IMG/VR virus record: IMGVR_UViG_3300042199_000380
Coordinates: 1-24,168 of that record
Length of the DNA stretch: 24,168 bases
DNA from: a virus
Lineage: Duplodnaviria > Caudoviricetes
Direction: 5' to 3' (one strand)
The position numbers were made by a program, and so were the translations under genes. Positions 15,698 to 24,014 of the stretch are shown here, in pieces. The notes beneath the pieces were generated by a model. That model was not told where the DNA came from, searched no databases, and saw only the letters and a list, made by a program, of their open reading frames with translations. Every line of letters begins with the position of its first letter. Position 1 is the first letter of the stretch.

Positions 15698-16386
15698 CAG
15701 CCCGCCTCCGGTTGGTCGAGGTACACCTGCACCTGTCGCCGGACCTCGTTCGTCGGCACCCTCGACGTCCCCTTCGACGCGCGCAAGAACCACCGCCACC
15801 CGTTCCGCGTCGCCTTCACTCCGCGATGGAACGTCGTGCAATCGAACTCGTGCCACGTCCGGTCGGTCGCCTGCACGATGCGTCGACTGAACGCGAAGCT
15901 GCGCTCGATGTGCTGGTTGAGCATCGTGTTCCAGTGCCCATACACCGTCCCCGACACGCGCGGCATCACCGTGACGTCATCGTAGAACTCGGTCGGTGCG
16001 ACGTCGCTGTTCACGAGGATGAGCAGGTGGTCGGGCTTCGGCCCTCCCCTGAGCAGGGCGTCGTAGTCCGGCTGTCCGTCCATGCCTCGCGCGACGTCGT
16101 CGTGATGCCATCCGGGGATGCACGGATACCACCCCGGCATGAGCATGTGGACACGCGAGTCGATGACGACGTCGCCCGCGTCCGGCCAGATACGCCGGAT
16201 GTCGTCGAGCACGGCCCTCGTCAACGCCCCGCCCTCCCAACGAGCGAACTCCATCGAAGCCCCGAACAGCATGGGCTCATTCTTGAGCATCGCGTCGTCG
16301 ACCTGCAACGCCTTCAACCGCTTGGCCTCGTGCGTCTTGAGGCTCGGTTTGAACACGAACGACGTCGTGTCCCTCGTCAGAATCAT
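15694..16386 (-). CDS. 2OG-Fe(II) oxygenase-like (double-stranded beta-helix) protein
   Basis: PCIPGWHHDDV (HxD), FHRG (distal His), RWFLR (putative 2OG-binding Arg); AAGGGAG RBS. Confidence 0.65.
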   Translation of the reverse strand: MILTRDTTSFVFKPSLKTHEAKRLKALQVDDAMLKNEPMLFGASMEFARWEGGALTRAVLDDIRRIWPDAGDVVIDSRVHMLMPGWYPCIPGWHHDDVARGMDGQPDYDALLRGGPKPDHLLILVNSDVAPTEFYDDVTVMPRVSGTVYGHWNTMLNQHIERSFAFSRRIVQATDRTWHEFDCTTFHRGVKATRNGWRWFLRASKGTSRVPTNEVRRQVQVYLDQPEAGW

Positions 16387-16922
16387 GCCCCGCTCCCTTC
16401 TCCGTGGTTCAACGTGTCGCGTCGCTTCCGCATCTGCGTAGCCACGAACTCGAACAGGTTCGCGCGCATCTCGATGTCCTGCAACGTCTCTTGGTCGTCC
16501 GCATGCTCCGCGCCCTCGCGCGCATACCGCGCTTGGTCGTCCGCCCACTTCGCCGCGCGCTCCCACGTCGCACGCACCGCCGCCGCGATTCGACCGTGCG
16601 TCTGCTTCTCCGGCTCAACCTCGCCGCGCCGCGTCAGTCGCCACACAATCGCCGACCGACCCGACGACGTCCGTCGCACGAGCCCGCTGTCGATGAGTCG
16701 ACCCTTGAGCACGAGCCCACGGATGCGCGCCGTCGCCGTCTGCGCCTTGAGCCCCGTCGCGAGGCACACCTCCTCGCCCGTGAGTCCCACGAGCGCCCGG
16801 TCGTATGCGTTCGCGATTGCCTCGAGCACGACGCGCTCCTTGGCCGCCAGCCCCTCCGGGTCCAACGCCGCCGCCGCCTCGAGCGACGTCGTCACGTTCG
16901 AGAACGGCGCGCGCCCGCTCAT
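16383..16922 (-). CDS. winged-HTH DNA-binding protein
   Basis: TSLEAA...GLTGEEV...TATARIRGLVLKGRLIDSG...SGRSAIVW. Confidence 0.7.
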   Translation of the reverse strand: MSGRAPFSNVTTSLEAAAALDPEGLAAKERVVLEAIANAYDRALVGLTGEEVCLATGLKAQTATARIRGLVLKGRLIDSGLVRRTSSGRSAIVWRLTRRGEVEPEKQTHGRIAAAVRATWERAAKWADDQARYAREGAEHADDQETLQDIEMRANLFEFVATQMRKRRDTLNHGEGSGA

Positions 16923-17206
16923 CGCGCCCTCCGCTTCTTCTTCAACGTCGCCACCATCCCGCACGCACGCGCCGCCACGCGCACCGCCTCGCGCGCATCT
17001 TGCAGCGACGCCTCGTCCGGCACGCGGAGTCGCACGGCCATGCGAAGCTCCGTCGGCGACGAACTCAACGCCGACGTCGGCGGATACCCGACCGCGTACT
17101 CGACCACCTCCCCGTGCATCAGCGCGTTGAACAGCGGAGAGGTCGAGTTCAACACCACCACCTGCTTGCAGAACGTCCCCGCGCGGAATCCGGCTGTCAC
17201 CGTCAT
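16919..17206 (-). CDS. hypothetical protein (95 aa)
   Basis: GGAGG RBS; ATGA overlaps at both ends. Confidence 0.65.
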   Translation of the reverse strand: MTVTAGFRAGTFCKQVVVLNSTSPLFNALMHGEVVEYAVGYPPTSALSSSPTELRMAVRLRVPDEASLQDAREAVRVAARACGMVATLKKKRRAR

Positions 17207-17607
17207 CGCACCGCCTCCGCGTCGAGGAAGTCGTACCCCTGACACCGCCGCTCGACGACCTGCTTGTCGACGCGCCGCTCCGCGATGCGCTCGCGATACA
17301 TCACGACCACACTGTCGCCCTCGTGCAGCTTCTCGAACAGTTCGGGCCGCGACCGGTCCACGACGAACCGGCCATGCGCGCACTCGAACATGACGACCCA
17401 TCTCGCCGGGTAGAACATGCTCGCCGACGTCACCACGAGGTCGCCGCGCCCCGACACGCCGACGCCCGTCCCCTCGCCGTGTCTCTCGGGCGTGTACCCC
17501 ATCGACACCACGCGCGCGCCCTCATGCATCACGGGCGACCACGACTCGACCCACCCGTCGCACGACACGCACGCCATCGCCAGCACCACCATCGCGAACC
17601 ACTTCAT
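17203..17607 (-). CDS. secreted/lipoprotein-like hypothetical protein
   Basis: MKWFAMVVLAMACVSC signal peptide or lipobox-like N-terminus; AAGGGAG RBS. Confidence 0.65.
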   Translation of the reverse strand: MKWFAMVVLAMACVSCDGWVESWSPVMHEGARVVSMGYTPERHGEGTGVGVSGRGDLVVTSASMFYPARWVVMFECAHGRFVVDRSRPELFEKLHEGDSVVVMYRERIAERRVDKQVVERRCQGYDFLDAEAVR

Positions 17608-17630
17608 GCACCGCTCCCTTCCAGTGAGAA

Positions 17631-17656
17631 GCCGGGGCCGCACGCACGGCCCCGGC
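17631..17656 (-). terminator. intergenic hairpin (weak terminator or stability element)
   Basis: GCCGGGGCCG-N6-CGGCCCCGGC followed by TTCT on the minus strand. Confidence 0.45.
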
Positions 17657-17662
17657 CCTCGG

Positions 17663-17926
17663 TTATCGGTCGTGAGGGTTGCCCACGTCCGACGGCGACG
17701 GCGACGCAGCGACCGCCGCGTCGTCGAGCTTCACCGCGCCGAGTTCCACGACCTCGACGCGCGTCACGTCCAGCCACAGCCCCTCGGGCGTCTCGCCCTT
17801 CTCATTCATCGGGCGCTCCACCCACGCGCGAGCGCATCCGGTGAGGTGTTCGCTGACGGTCGTCACGATACCGACGACGCCCGTCACCTTGTCCCGCACC
17901 TTCGCGCCCAACAGTTCGACGTGCAT
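17663..17926 (-). CDS. small phage hypothetical protein (87 aa)
   Basis: LGAKVRDKVTGVVGIVT...LTGC pattern, common in phage small proteins; AAGGAG RBS. Confidence 0.75.
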   Translation of the reverse strand: MHVELLGAKVRDKVTGVVGIVTTVSEHLTGCARAWVERPMNEKGETPEGLWLDVTRVEVVELGAVKLDDAAVAASPSPSDVGNPHDR

Positions 17927-17929
17927 CCG

Positions 17930-18862
17930 CTACTCCTTCGGCCCGTGTTCCGCACACCACGCGCCCTGCTCGGGGATGACGAGGGTGGCGGGCTTCCCAC
18001 ACCCCACGACCGTGCAGAGCACCGTCTCGCCTTCCGGCGTCTCCGCCTTCGGCGTCTTGCCCGCCTCCTTCTTCCGGAGCCGGTCCTTCACACCCGCGAC
18101 GCCGCCCTCCGCCGCCGTCGCGCCCTCGACCTTCGGCTTGTTCGGGTCGGGGAACGCGTCATCGAGCTTCGTGTCGCCCTCACGCAGCGCCGACCACACG
18201 CCGCGCAACTCGAGCACCATGTCCGGCGTGATGTCGTCGACCTTCTCGACCTTGCAGAACGCGAGCACCCGCTCCTCGTTCGCGCCCATCTTCGCCAGCG
18301 CCGCCATCGCACGCGCGCGCGTCGTCGCGAACGTCGTCGTGTCGCCGACCGCCGCCTTGCGGGCCGCTTCGTACAGCGGCTCCCACACCATCTTCGGGAT
18401 GCCCTGCAACGTCGCGTTGCGCGCCGCGATGCTCGCCGCCGCGTTGGCCGTCATCAGCACCATGTCGTCGCTGTACCGGTTCCCGTTCGAGTAGGTGATG
18501 CGCCGCTTGTATTCGACCGACCGCGCGACGTTGTTCTCGACGTCAAAGAACACCGCCTGCGCGACGACCTCCTTGTCGCTCGGCATGATGGGCAGGATTC
18601 GTGTCGCGATGCGGACGTTGCCGAACGTCGCCGCCAACACCTCCGCGAACCGCGCGCTCGGTCCCTCGATGCTGACCTTGTTGCCGTCCTTGTCCTTGCG
18701 CGGCAACGCGTAGATGCAATCCTCCGCGCTCGACTGCGTCATGGTGACGAGTGCGCGCGCCGACGACAGGAACCGCTCCGTGTTCCTCGGGTACGCCTTC
18801 GCCGTAGCGACCTGCTGGTCCGTCTCGTGTCGGACGATGGCTTCGAGATTCGACTCGCTCAT
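17930..18862 (-). CDS. putative recombination/strand-annealing protein
   Basis: ETDQQVATAKAYPR...YALPR...IEGPSARFAE...ARN motif set; lies in the YqaJ module; function inferred from position. Confidence 0.5.
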   Translation of the reverse strand: MSESNLEAIVRHETDQQVATAKAYPRNTERFLSSARALVTMTQSSAEDCIYALPRKDKDGNKVSIEGPSARFAEVLAATFGNVRIATRILPIMPSDKEVVAQAVFFDVENNVARSVEYKRRITYSNGNRYSDDMVLMTANAAASIAARNATLQGIPKMVWEPLYEAARKAAVGDTTTFATTRARAMAALAKMGANEERVLAFCKVEKVDDITPDMVLELRGVWSALREGDTKLDDAFPDPNKPKVEGATAAEGGVAGVKDRLRKKEAGKTPKAETPEGETVLCTVVGCGKPATLVIPEQGAWCAEHGPKE

Positions 18863-18970
18863 GCTCCGTGCTCCCTTCGTTGATGTGGTCCGGGGCCGCG
18901 CCTCGAGCATCCTCGGGTCGTCCCGCAACGCCCTCGGCAATCGCCCGCCCGCTAACCCCGGACCTGTTGG

Positions 18971-19693
18971 TTACTCGATGACCGCGACCTCGGCGACGTT
19001 CTCGCGCAGCCACGCGGCCACGCGCTTCACCGCCTCGACCTGCCACGTCCCGCCGTCCGCCTCGAACAGCGCGAACTCCGGTCCCTCGCGACCCTCGCGC
19101 ACGCGCACCACGAAGTCGGACACCACCTGCTCGACCTCACGGAACGCGCGGTAGGGCGCGAGACGAATCGGCGACGGCATCTTCGCGCGGTCCTTGATGT
19201 GGATGCCGCGCTTCGTCGTCACCTCCTGCGAGAACCCGTCGTCGTCGCTCGAACGGATGCCCTCCATCGTCACCGACGACACGAACGTCAGGAACGCGTC
19301 GCGCTCGTCCGACTTCACGAACATGGTCTGCATGGCGATGATGAACTGCTCCATGCCGTGCCACGCGCCGAACGAGAACGCGCTGCCCTTCGCGTTGGCG
19401 ACGAGGAACGTCTCCCGACGCCGCGTCGCCGCGTCCATCGGGCCGAGCAACGACAGCCCGCACGGAGCCACCGTCAGGATGCACTTGTTGAGCATGAGCG
19501 CGTCGCGGTTCTCCTTCACGAAGTCACGCACGCCCGACAACGTCGACACCTCGACCGCATCGCACAGCGGAGGCATCGCGGGCACGAGTTCCTTCCAGTC
19601 GGTCGGGGCCATCAGCACGCCCTTCCCGTTGACCTCGAGCACGCCCGGTTCGCGCACCTGCTCGGCGATAGCCTTGACGAAAGTACCGTCCAT
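18971..19693 (-). CDS. conserved phage hypothetical protein
   Basis: DDGFSQEVT, LAPYRAFREVEQ, ALFEADGGTW motifs of a widespread phage family. Confidence 0.75.
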   Translation of the reverse strand: MDGTFVKAIAEQVREPGVLEVNGKGVLMAPTDWKELVPAMPPLCDAVEVSTLSGVRDFVKENRDALMLNKCILTVAPCGLSLLGPMDAATRRRETFLVANAKGSAFSFGAWHGMEQFIIAMQTMFVKSDERDAFLTFVSSVTMEGIRSSDDDGFSQEVTTKRGIHIKDRAKMPSPIRLAPYRAFREVEQVVSDFVVRVREGREGPEFALFEADGGTWQVEAVKRVAAWLRENVAEVAVIE

Positions 19694-19694
19694 G

Positions 19695-20036
19695 TTACGA
19701 GTTCCCTTCCGCGAGACGAGGCGCACCCACAGGAATCGGGAACATCTCCTCCTGTCGCAACGCCTCGACCGCCGCCAGTTGTCCGTTGTCGCGTCCGATG
19801 CCGATGTACGTCCCGACGGGCTTCGCGCCCGCGAGCTTCATCGCGCACTGGATGTGGACCTTCGACCCGCGACGGTCGTCGCTCGGCTCGAAGGACATGG
19901 TGAGAGTGATGCTCCGCTTCGCGTTCGCTTCCGTGTTCGGGTCGTCGATGTTCGTCAGCACGCGCGCGAGAGCCTGCTGGAACAGTTCCTCCGCGACGCC
20001 GTCGCCCGCCGTCTCGAGCGTCAGTTTCTGGTTCAA
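19695..20036 (-). CDS. conserved phage hypothetical protein (usual partner of the downstream gene)
   Basis: VLTNIDDPNTEANAKRSITL motif; TTG start with GAAGGAGG RBS, overlapping the YqaJ stop. Confidence 0.72.
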   Translation of the reverse strand: MNQKLTLETAGDGVAEELFQQALARVLTNIDDPNTEANAKRSITLTMSFEPSDDRRGSKVHIQCAMKLAGAKPVGTYIGIGRDNGQLAAVEALRQEEMFPIPVGAPRLAEGNS

Positions 20037-21019
20037 GACTTGGCCTCCTTCGCCGGGGAGTAGATGAACCGACGCGCTCCCGGCTCGCGCGTGGTCGCTG
20101 CTTCCATCACATCCGCACACGCGATGCCCGCCGCCTCGGCGCGCTCACGCAACGCCAACGCCGCCGCACGCCAGTCGACCTTCTCGACCTCGCGCGTGTT
20201 CTTCCACGTCACGCGCCCGCCGTCCTTGAACGTGATTCCCGACGCCTCGCCGATGGTCGCCTTGAGGTTGTTCTTGGCCTCCTCCTCGAGCCGCTCGAAC
20301 GCCTTCCGCTCGCCCATCGCCGCGACATATCGACCGAGCCACGTCTCCGCGTTGACGTCCGCGTCGAGCATCACGCCGACGTCGCGAGGGAACCGTCTCG
20401 ACAGCATCTCGCTCGTCGAGTCCGCCCCCGTGATTTCGGGCACCACGTCGCCGACGATGTGCGTCTGCCACCACGTCACACACCGCTCGACCAGCCACTC
20501 CTCGAACTCGCGGTCGCGATGCACCGTGTAGATGCGGAAGTCGTTACCGCCCATGAGCAGCGCGACGTCCCACACGTCGTAGTCGAGCACCGCCATGTTC
20601 TGACACACCTGCACGGTGTACGCGTCGGGGATGATGTCGCTCCCCTCCGGACCCCACTGGTCCGCCGTGTAGATGCTCGCGGTCTTGACCTCGAGCCCTC
20701 GCTTCTCGCCGATGACGAGTCGGTCGGGCGACGCCCTCAGACACGACTCGGTCGCGTGGACATACGACCGGCCGGGGCTCCACACCTTCCGCCCCGAGAC
20801 TTCGGCGTATCGCTTCGCGACGATGTCCTCGAGTTCTCGCCCGAACCACATCGCCGCGCTGTCCTCCTTCGGCGGCGCGAGCCCCTTCTTCTCGAGGTAC
20901 ACGTCATAGGCCGTCGCGAACTTCGACGCCCCGACGATTGCCGCCGCGTCAGTCCCGCCCACTCCGAGACGACGCTCTGCGAGCCAGTGCTCGCGTTCCA
21001 TCCCCTCCGCCATTCCCAT
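20033..21019 (-). CDS. YqaJ/lambda-exonuclease family recombination nuclease
   Basis: WLAERRLGVGGTD, GRELE, ASPD, LEVKT, YTVQV motifs. Confidence 0.9.
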   Translation of the reverse strand: MGMAEGMEREHWLAERRLGVGGTDAAAIVGASKFATAYDVYLEKKGLAPPKEDSAAMWFGRELEDIVAKRYAEVSGRKVWSPGRSYVHATESCLRASPDRLVIGEKRGLEVKTASIYTADQWGPEGSDIIPDAYTVQVCQNMAVLDYDVWDVALLMGGNDFRIYTVHRDREFEEWLVERCVTWWQTHIVGDVVPEITGADSTSEMLSRRFPRDVGVMLDADVNAETWLGRYVAAMGERKAFERLEEEAKNNLKATIGEASGITFKDGGRVTWKNTREVEKVDWRAAALALRERAEAAGIACADVMEAATTREPGARRFIYSPAKEAKS

Positions 21020-21254
21020 GCACCTCCCGTGCGTGCGCCACGATGTCCGCCGCCTTCACCGCGCCACCGCTCACGCGCTCAAGCGCGACGGCGACGTCGA
21101 GTCTCGGCAACCGCACACCACGCACCCACGAATAGACGGCTCTCGCCGTCACCGGATGACCCGCGTCGCTCAACGAACGACGCAACTCGACGACCGTCAT
21201 CGACGCCACGAACGACCCGAACCGTGTACGCCATCGCGGGGACAATCGGCTCAC
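20949..21254 (-). CDS. Cro-like HTH regulator
   Basis: VTARAVYSWVRGVRLPRLDVAVALERVSGGAV; first gene after a promoter. Confidence 0.72.
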   Translation of the reverse strand: MSRLSPRWRTRFGSFVASMTVVELRRSLSDAGHPVTARAVYSWVRGVRLPRLDVAVALERVSGGAVKAADIVAHAREVHGNGGGDGTRALARRASSRSGRD

Positions 21255-21291
21255 GTCTCCGCCCTCCTTGGTCCGACGCCGCCAAACGCAA

Positions 21292-21334
21292 CACCGACGC
21301 GCGGCAAACTACCGCCACGCGTCGGTGCGCGCAA
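21292..21334 (-). promoter_or_regulatory. promoter of the Cro/recombination/replication operon, overlapped by an inverted repeat
   Basis: TTGCGC (21334-21329), 17 nt, TAGTTT (21311-21306); arms CACCGACGCG / CGCGTCGGTG span 21292-21327. Confidence 0.72.
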
Positions 21335-21347
21335 GCCCTGCTTTCGA

Positions 21348-21701
21348 CTACTCCCGCGCGGCCTTGAACAGCTTGAGCCCGAGCGCCCACCACTCGCGCG
21401 TGTTCTTCGCCGCCGAGTGCGTACCGATGGCGAACACGACGGGCGCGACCGTATCGAGCGCGAACGTCTGCCACCACGGTGCCGCATGACCGACCGCCGC
21501 GAGCATCGTCGCCGCGCTCGCGTCAGACACCAGAGCCGGGAACGCGCCCTTGAGCACCGTCAGCACGAGCGAGATGAAGCCGAGCGCCAGCGGGATGGCC
21601 TTGTTGATGAACTCCGGCCACCGCTTCAACGCCGCCGCGCCGAGCATGAGCAGGATGCCCTGCCCCACGACGCCAGCGAGCCACGCATGAACCTGTTCCA
21701 C
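21348..21701 (-). CDS. holin-like membrane protein
   Basis: 117 aa with 2-3 hydrophobic segments, GTHSAAKN and a basic C-terminus; in the endolysin cassette. Confidence 0.6.
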   Translation of the reverse strand: MEQVHAWLAGVVGQGILLMLGAAALKRWPEFINKAIPLALGFISLVLTVLKGAFPALVSDASAATMLAAVGHAAPWWQTFALDTVAPVVFAIGTHSAAKNTREWWALGLKLFKAARE

Positions 21702-21702
21702 G

Positions 21703-22293
21703 TCACACCTCCTTGGGCTGTACGGTTCCGATTACTCCGACGACCTCGCCTCGCGAATCGCGGAGCATACGCGCAACGCCATGCACGGGCGTCACGTTCC
21801 CCTCGCGGTCGACCATATCGTAGTCGAGCGCGAACTCGTGCTGGTTCGCCATCGCCAACGACCACGCGTCCAGCACCCGACGCCTGTCGTGCTCCGCCAC
21901 TCCCGCGACCCACCCCCCGCCCTTCGCTTCGTCCGGGCTCAATCCCGTGAGTGACGACCACCCTCGGTTGACGTAGACGCACGCCCCGTCGGCCGTCGAT
22001 TCATAGATGGCCGCCCCGGTGACGACGTCCATCAGCAGCCGACGCGCCCCCTCCGCGATGCTCACCAGCCGCTCGATTCGGTCGACCTTGTCGCGCAACG
22101 ACGCCCCGCCGTTCGGTGCCAGTTCGCGCGTGACCTTCTGGATGTCAGGCAACATCTCCGACAACGTCGCCAGCGTCTTGCGCGTGTGGTTCATGTACCG
22201 CCACGCCTTCACAGCCAACGCGCCGACCATCGTCAACGCGCCCGCCGCGAGGAACTTCACCGCCTCATGCACCGCGTCGTTCGTGACCTCCAC
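21703..22293 (-). CDS. membrane-anchored PAS-domain protein in the lysis cassette
   Basis: N-terminal TM helix, PNGGASLRDKVDRIE coiled motif, C-terminal PAS (IYESTADGACVYVNRGWSSLTGLSPDEAKGGGW...DRRRV...EFALDY...G...RDSRGEVVGVIGTV); no output domain. Confidence 0.78.
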   Translation of the reverse strand: MEVTNDAVHEAVKFLAAGALTMVGALAVKAWRYMNHTRKTLATLSEMLPDIQKVTRELAPNGGASLRDKVDRIERLVSIAEGARRLLMDVVTGAAIYESTADGACVYVNRGWSSLTGLSPDEAKGGGWVAGVAEHDRRRVLDAWSLAMANQHEFALDYDMVDREGNVTPVHGVARMLRDSRGEVVGVIGTVQPKEV

Positions 22294-22308
22294 CCGCGAC
22301 CTCCCTGT

Positions 22309-22830
22309 CTACCCGACCCACGCCACGCGCGCGACCAGCGCGCCGCCACGAATGAACACCTCCGGACCCGTCACCGCGATGGCGTCGCCGCGCCTCGCGT
22401 TACCAGTCGAGCAATGAGCCACTTGCGTAGGCCCGGTGAAGTCCGACTCGACCACGACGCCGACGTGCCCCTGACGCCCACGGCTGTCGCCATAGACGAC
22501 GAGGTCACCCGGAAGCGCAGCCGTCCACGGCACCTCCGCCACGAACCCGAACGGCGACCGCGCGTCCCGCACGAGCGCCGACGTCTCGAACCACTCTCCG
22601 CCCGGCAGGTGCGGCACCGCGCCGTTCGGCAGGTATCGGTCGACGCCGACGCACCACGCCGCGAACCCCGAGCAGTCGCACTCGAGCGCCCCCGCCACGC
22701 GCGCGCCCGGATGTTTGAGCATCGGGTCGCGCCCGCCCGCGCCGAGCTTGTACCGCGTCGCGAACCCGCGCGCCGACAGCGCGCGAGCCACGACCTGCGA
22801 CGCCCGCATAAGACCGAGCGACTTCCCCAC
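22309..22830 (-). CDS. endolysin, CHAP/NlpC-P60-type cysteine peptidase
   Basis: CDCSGF catalytic Cys, PGDLVVY, GHVGVV His, distal HC. Confidence 0.78.
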   Translation of the reverse strand: MGKSLGLMRASQVVARALSARGFATRYKLGAGGRDPMLKHPGARVAGALECDCSGFAAWCVGVDRYLPNGAVPHLPGGEWFETSALVRDARSPFGFVAEVPWTAALPGDLVVYGDSRGRQGHVGVVVESDFTGPTQVAHCSTGNARRGDAIAVTGPEVFIRGGALVARVAWVG

Positions 22831-22831
22831 G

Positions 22832-23287
22832 CTAGACCTCGACCGCCAACGCCTGACCCGCGCGCGCGAAGTCCGCCTCGTTCTCGTAGTAGACCTCGAT
22901 GTCGACGTTGATGGGACCGGCGATGGCCGTCGCGCTCGCGGTGATTACCGCCTGCGCGCGGTCGTGGTAGATGTGCGCGTTCGGCGCGGTCGCCGACAGA
23001 ATCGCCGACGGGCCGTCGCCCGCGCGCGGCGACACGCCCACCGCGCTGTTCTGCGTATACCCGAGCGACGACGGGTTCTGGTACACGGGCGCGTCTCCCA
23101 TGCCGACGTTGAACGCCAGCGACGCGATGGCCGCCGCCTCGGTGACGCCGCTCGTCACGACCGCGCGGACGTGCTTCGCGTACTTGCAAGGCACGCCCTT
23201 CGTCACGATGGTGCCACCGCCAGCAACACTCGTCGTGTTCTGCACGCCACGGAAGATTCGGATGTGTCCCGCGCTGACCGGAGCCAT
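22832..23287 (-). CDS. hypothetical (possibly virion) protein, 151 aa
   Basis: GAGGAGG RBS; Ala/Gly/Thr/Val-rich, beta-like composition. Confidence 0.7.
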   Translation of the reverse strand: MAPVSAGHIRIFRGVQNTTSVAGGGTIVTKGVPCKYAKHVRAVVTSGVTEAAAIASLAFNVGMGDAPVYQNPSSLGYTQNSAVGVSPRAGDGPSAILSATAPNAHIYHDRAQAVITASATAIAGPINVDIEVYYENEADFARAGQALAVEV

Positions 23288-23299
23288 GTCGTTACCTCC

Positions 23300-24013
23300 T
23301 CACTTGAAAACCCGCGCCGCCGCGAACGCGAGCGACGAACGAATCTCTGCCTGTAGGTACATCGGGAACTTGGTCATTGCAACCGTCCGCGCGCGCTCCT
23401 CGAACCCGAGCCGCTTCTCGAGCGCCTGTCCTTCGTTCAGCCGATAGAGCATCCGCGTGTCGCCCCTGCCCTTGCCAACTCGCTGGATGACCGCGTCGCC
23501 GTCGCCGTCCTTGTTGAAGTCAACGACGAACGTCCCGCGCTTACCCTTCCTCATCCCCTTCGAGTCCTTGCGGATAGCGAGCGCCTTGTACCGCAACGTC
23601 GTAGGCACCTGCTGACCGAACGACGGACGCGCCGCATTGCCGACGACCGGCACCGCCGCCTTATCCCCATTCGACTCCGAGCCCGCGTCTCGCAACGCGC
23701 GCGCTCGACTCCCGCCCTTCTCGAACGACGACAGCAACAGCCGCGACTTCTCCCCGACCTGCACCTGCGCTTGGAATCGACCCGAAGCCACGTTCGCGAA
23801 GCCGCCGTTTTTCTTGCTGACGACCGCCGCCTCGCGCAGCACGAAGTCCCGCTTGCGGAGCGTGAACTCCTTCTCGACGCCGCGCCGCTCCGCGACCTGC
23901 ACATCCTTGATGGTCTTGTTCAGCGCGTTGACGACCGCGAACGCGATGCGCTTGTTGCCGTTCTTGAGAACGGCAAGCACCTCGACGCCGCGAACGTCGA
24001 CCTCGAGTCCCAT
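23300..24013 (-). CDS. phage neck/minor tail protein Z-like
   Basis: Basic protein with AFAVVNALNKT N-terminal pattern typical of gpZ-like proteins; family call tentative. Confidence 0.5.
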   Translation of the reverse strand: MGLEVDVRGVEVLAVLKNGNKRIAFAVVNALNKTIKDVQVAERRGVEKEFTLRKRDFVLREAAVVSKKNGGFANVASGRFQAQVQVGEKSRLLLSSFEKGGSRARALRDAGSESNGDKAAVPVVGNAARPSFGQQVPTTLRYKALAIRKDSKGMRKGKRGTFVVDFNKDGDGDAVIQRVGKGRGDTRMLYRLNEGQALEKRLGFEERARTVAMTKFPMYLQAEIRSSLAFAAARVFK

Positions 24014-24014
24014 G

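Noticed and set aside
17203-17607. Lipoprotein-like ORF as a spanin
   Set aside because: Far from the lysis cassette, no i-spanin partner, and not Pro-rich like o-spanins.
18887-18964. tRNA gene (GGTCCGG...CCGGACCA resembles an acceptor stem)
   Set aside because: No T-loop (TTCRA), no canonical D arm or 7-nt anticodon loop; kept only as a structured-RNA candidate.
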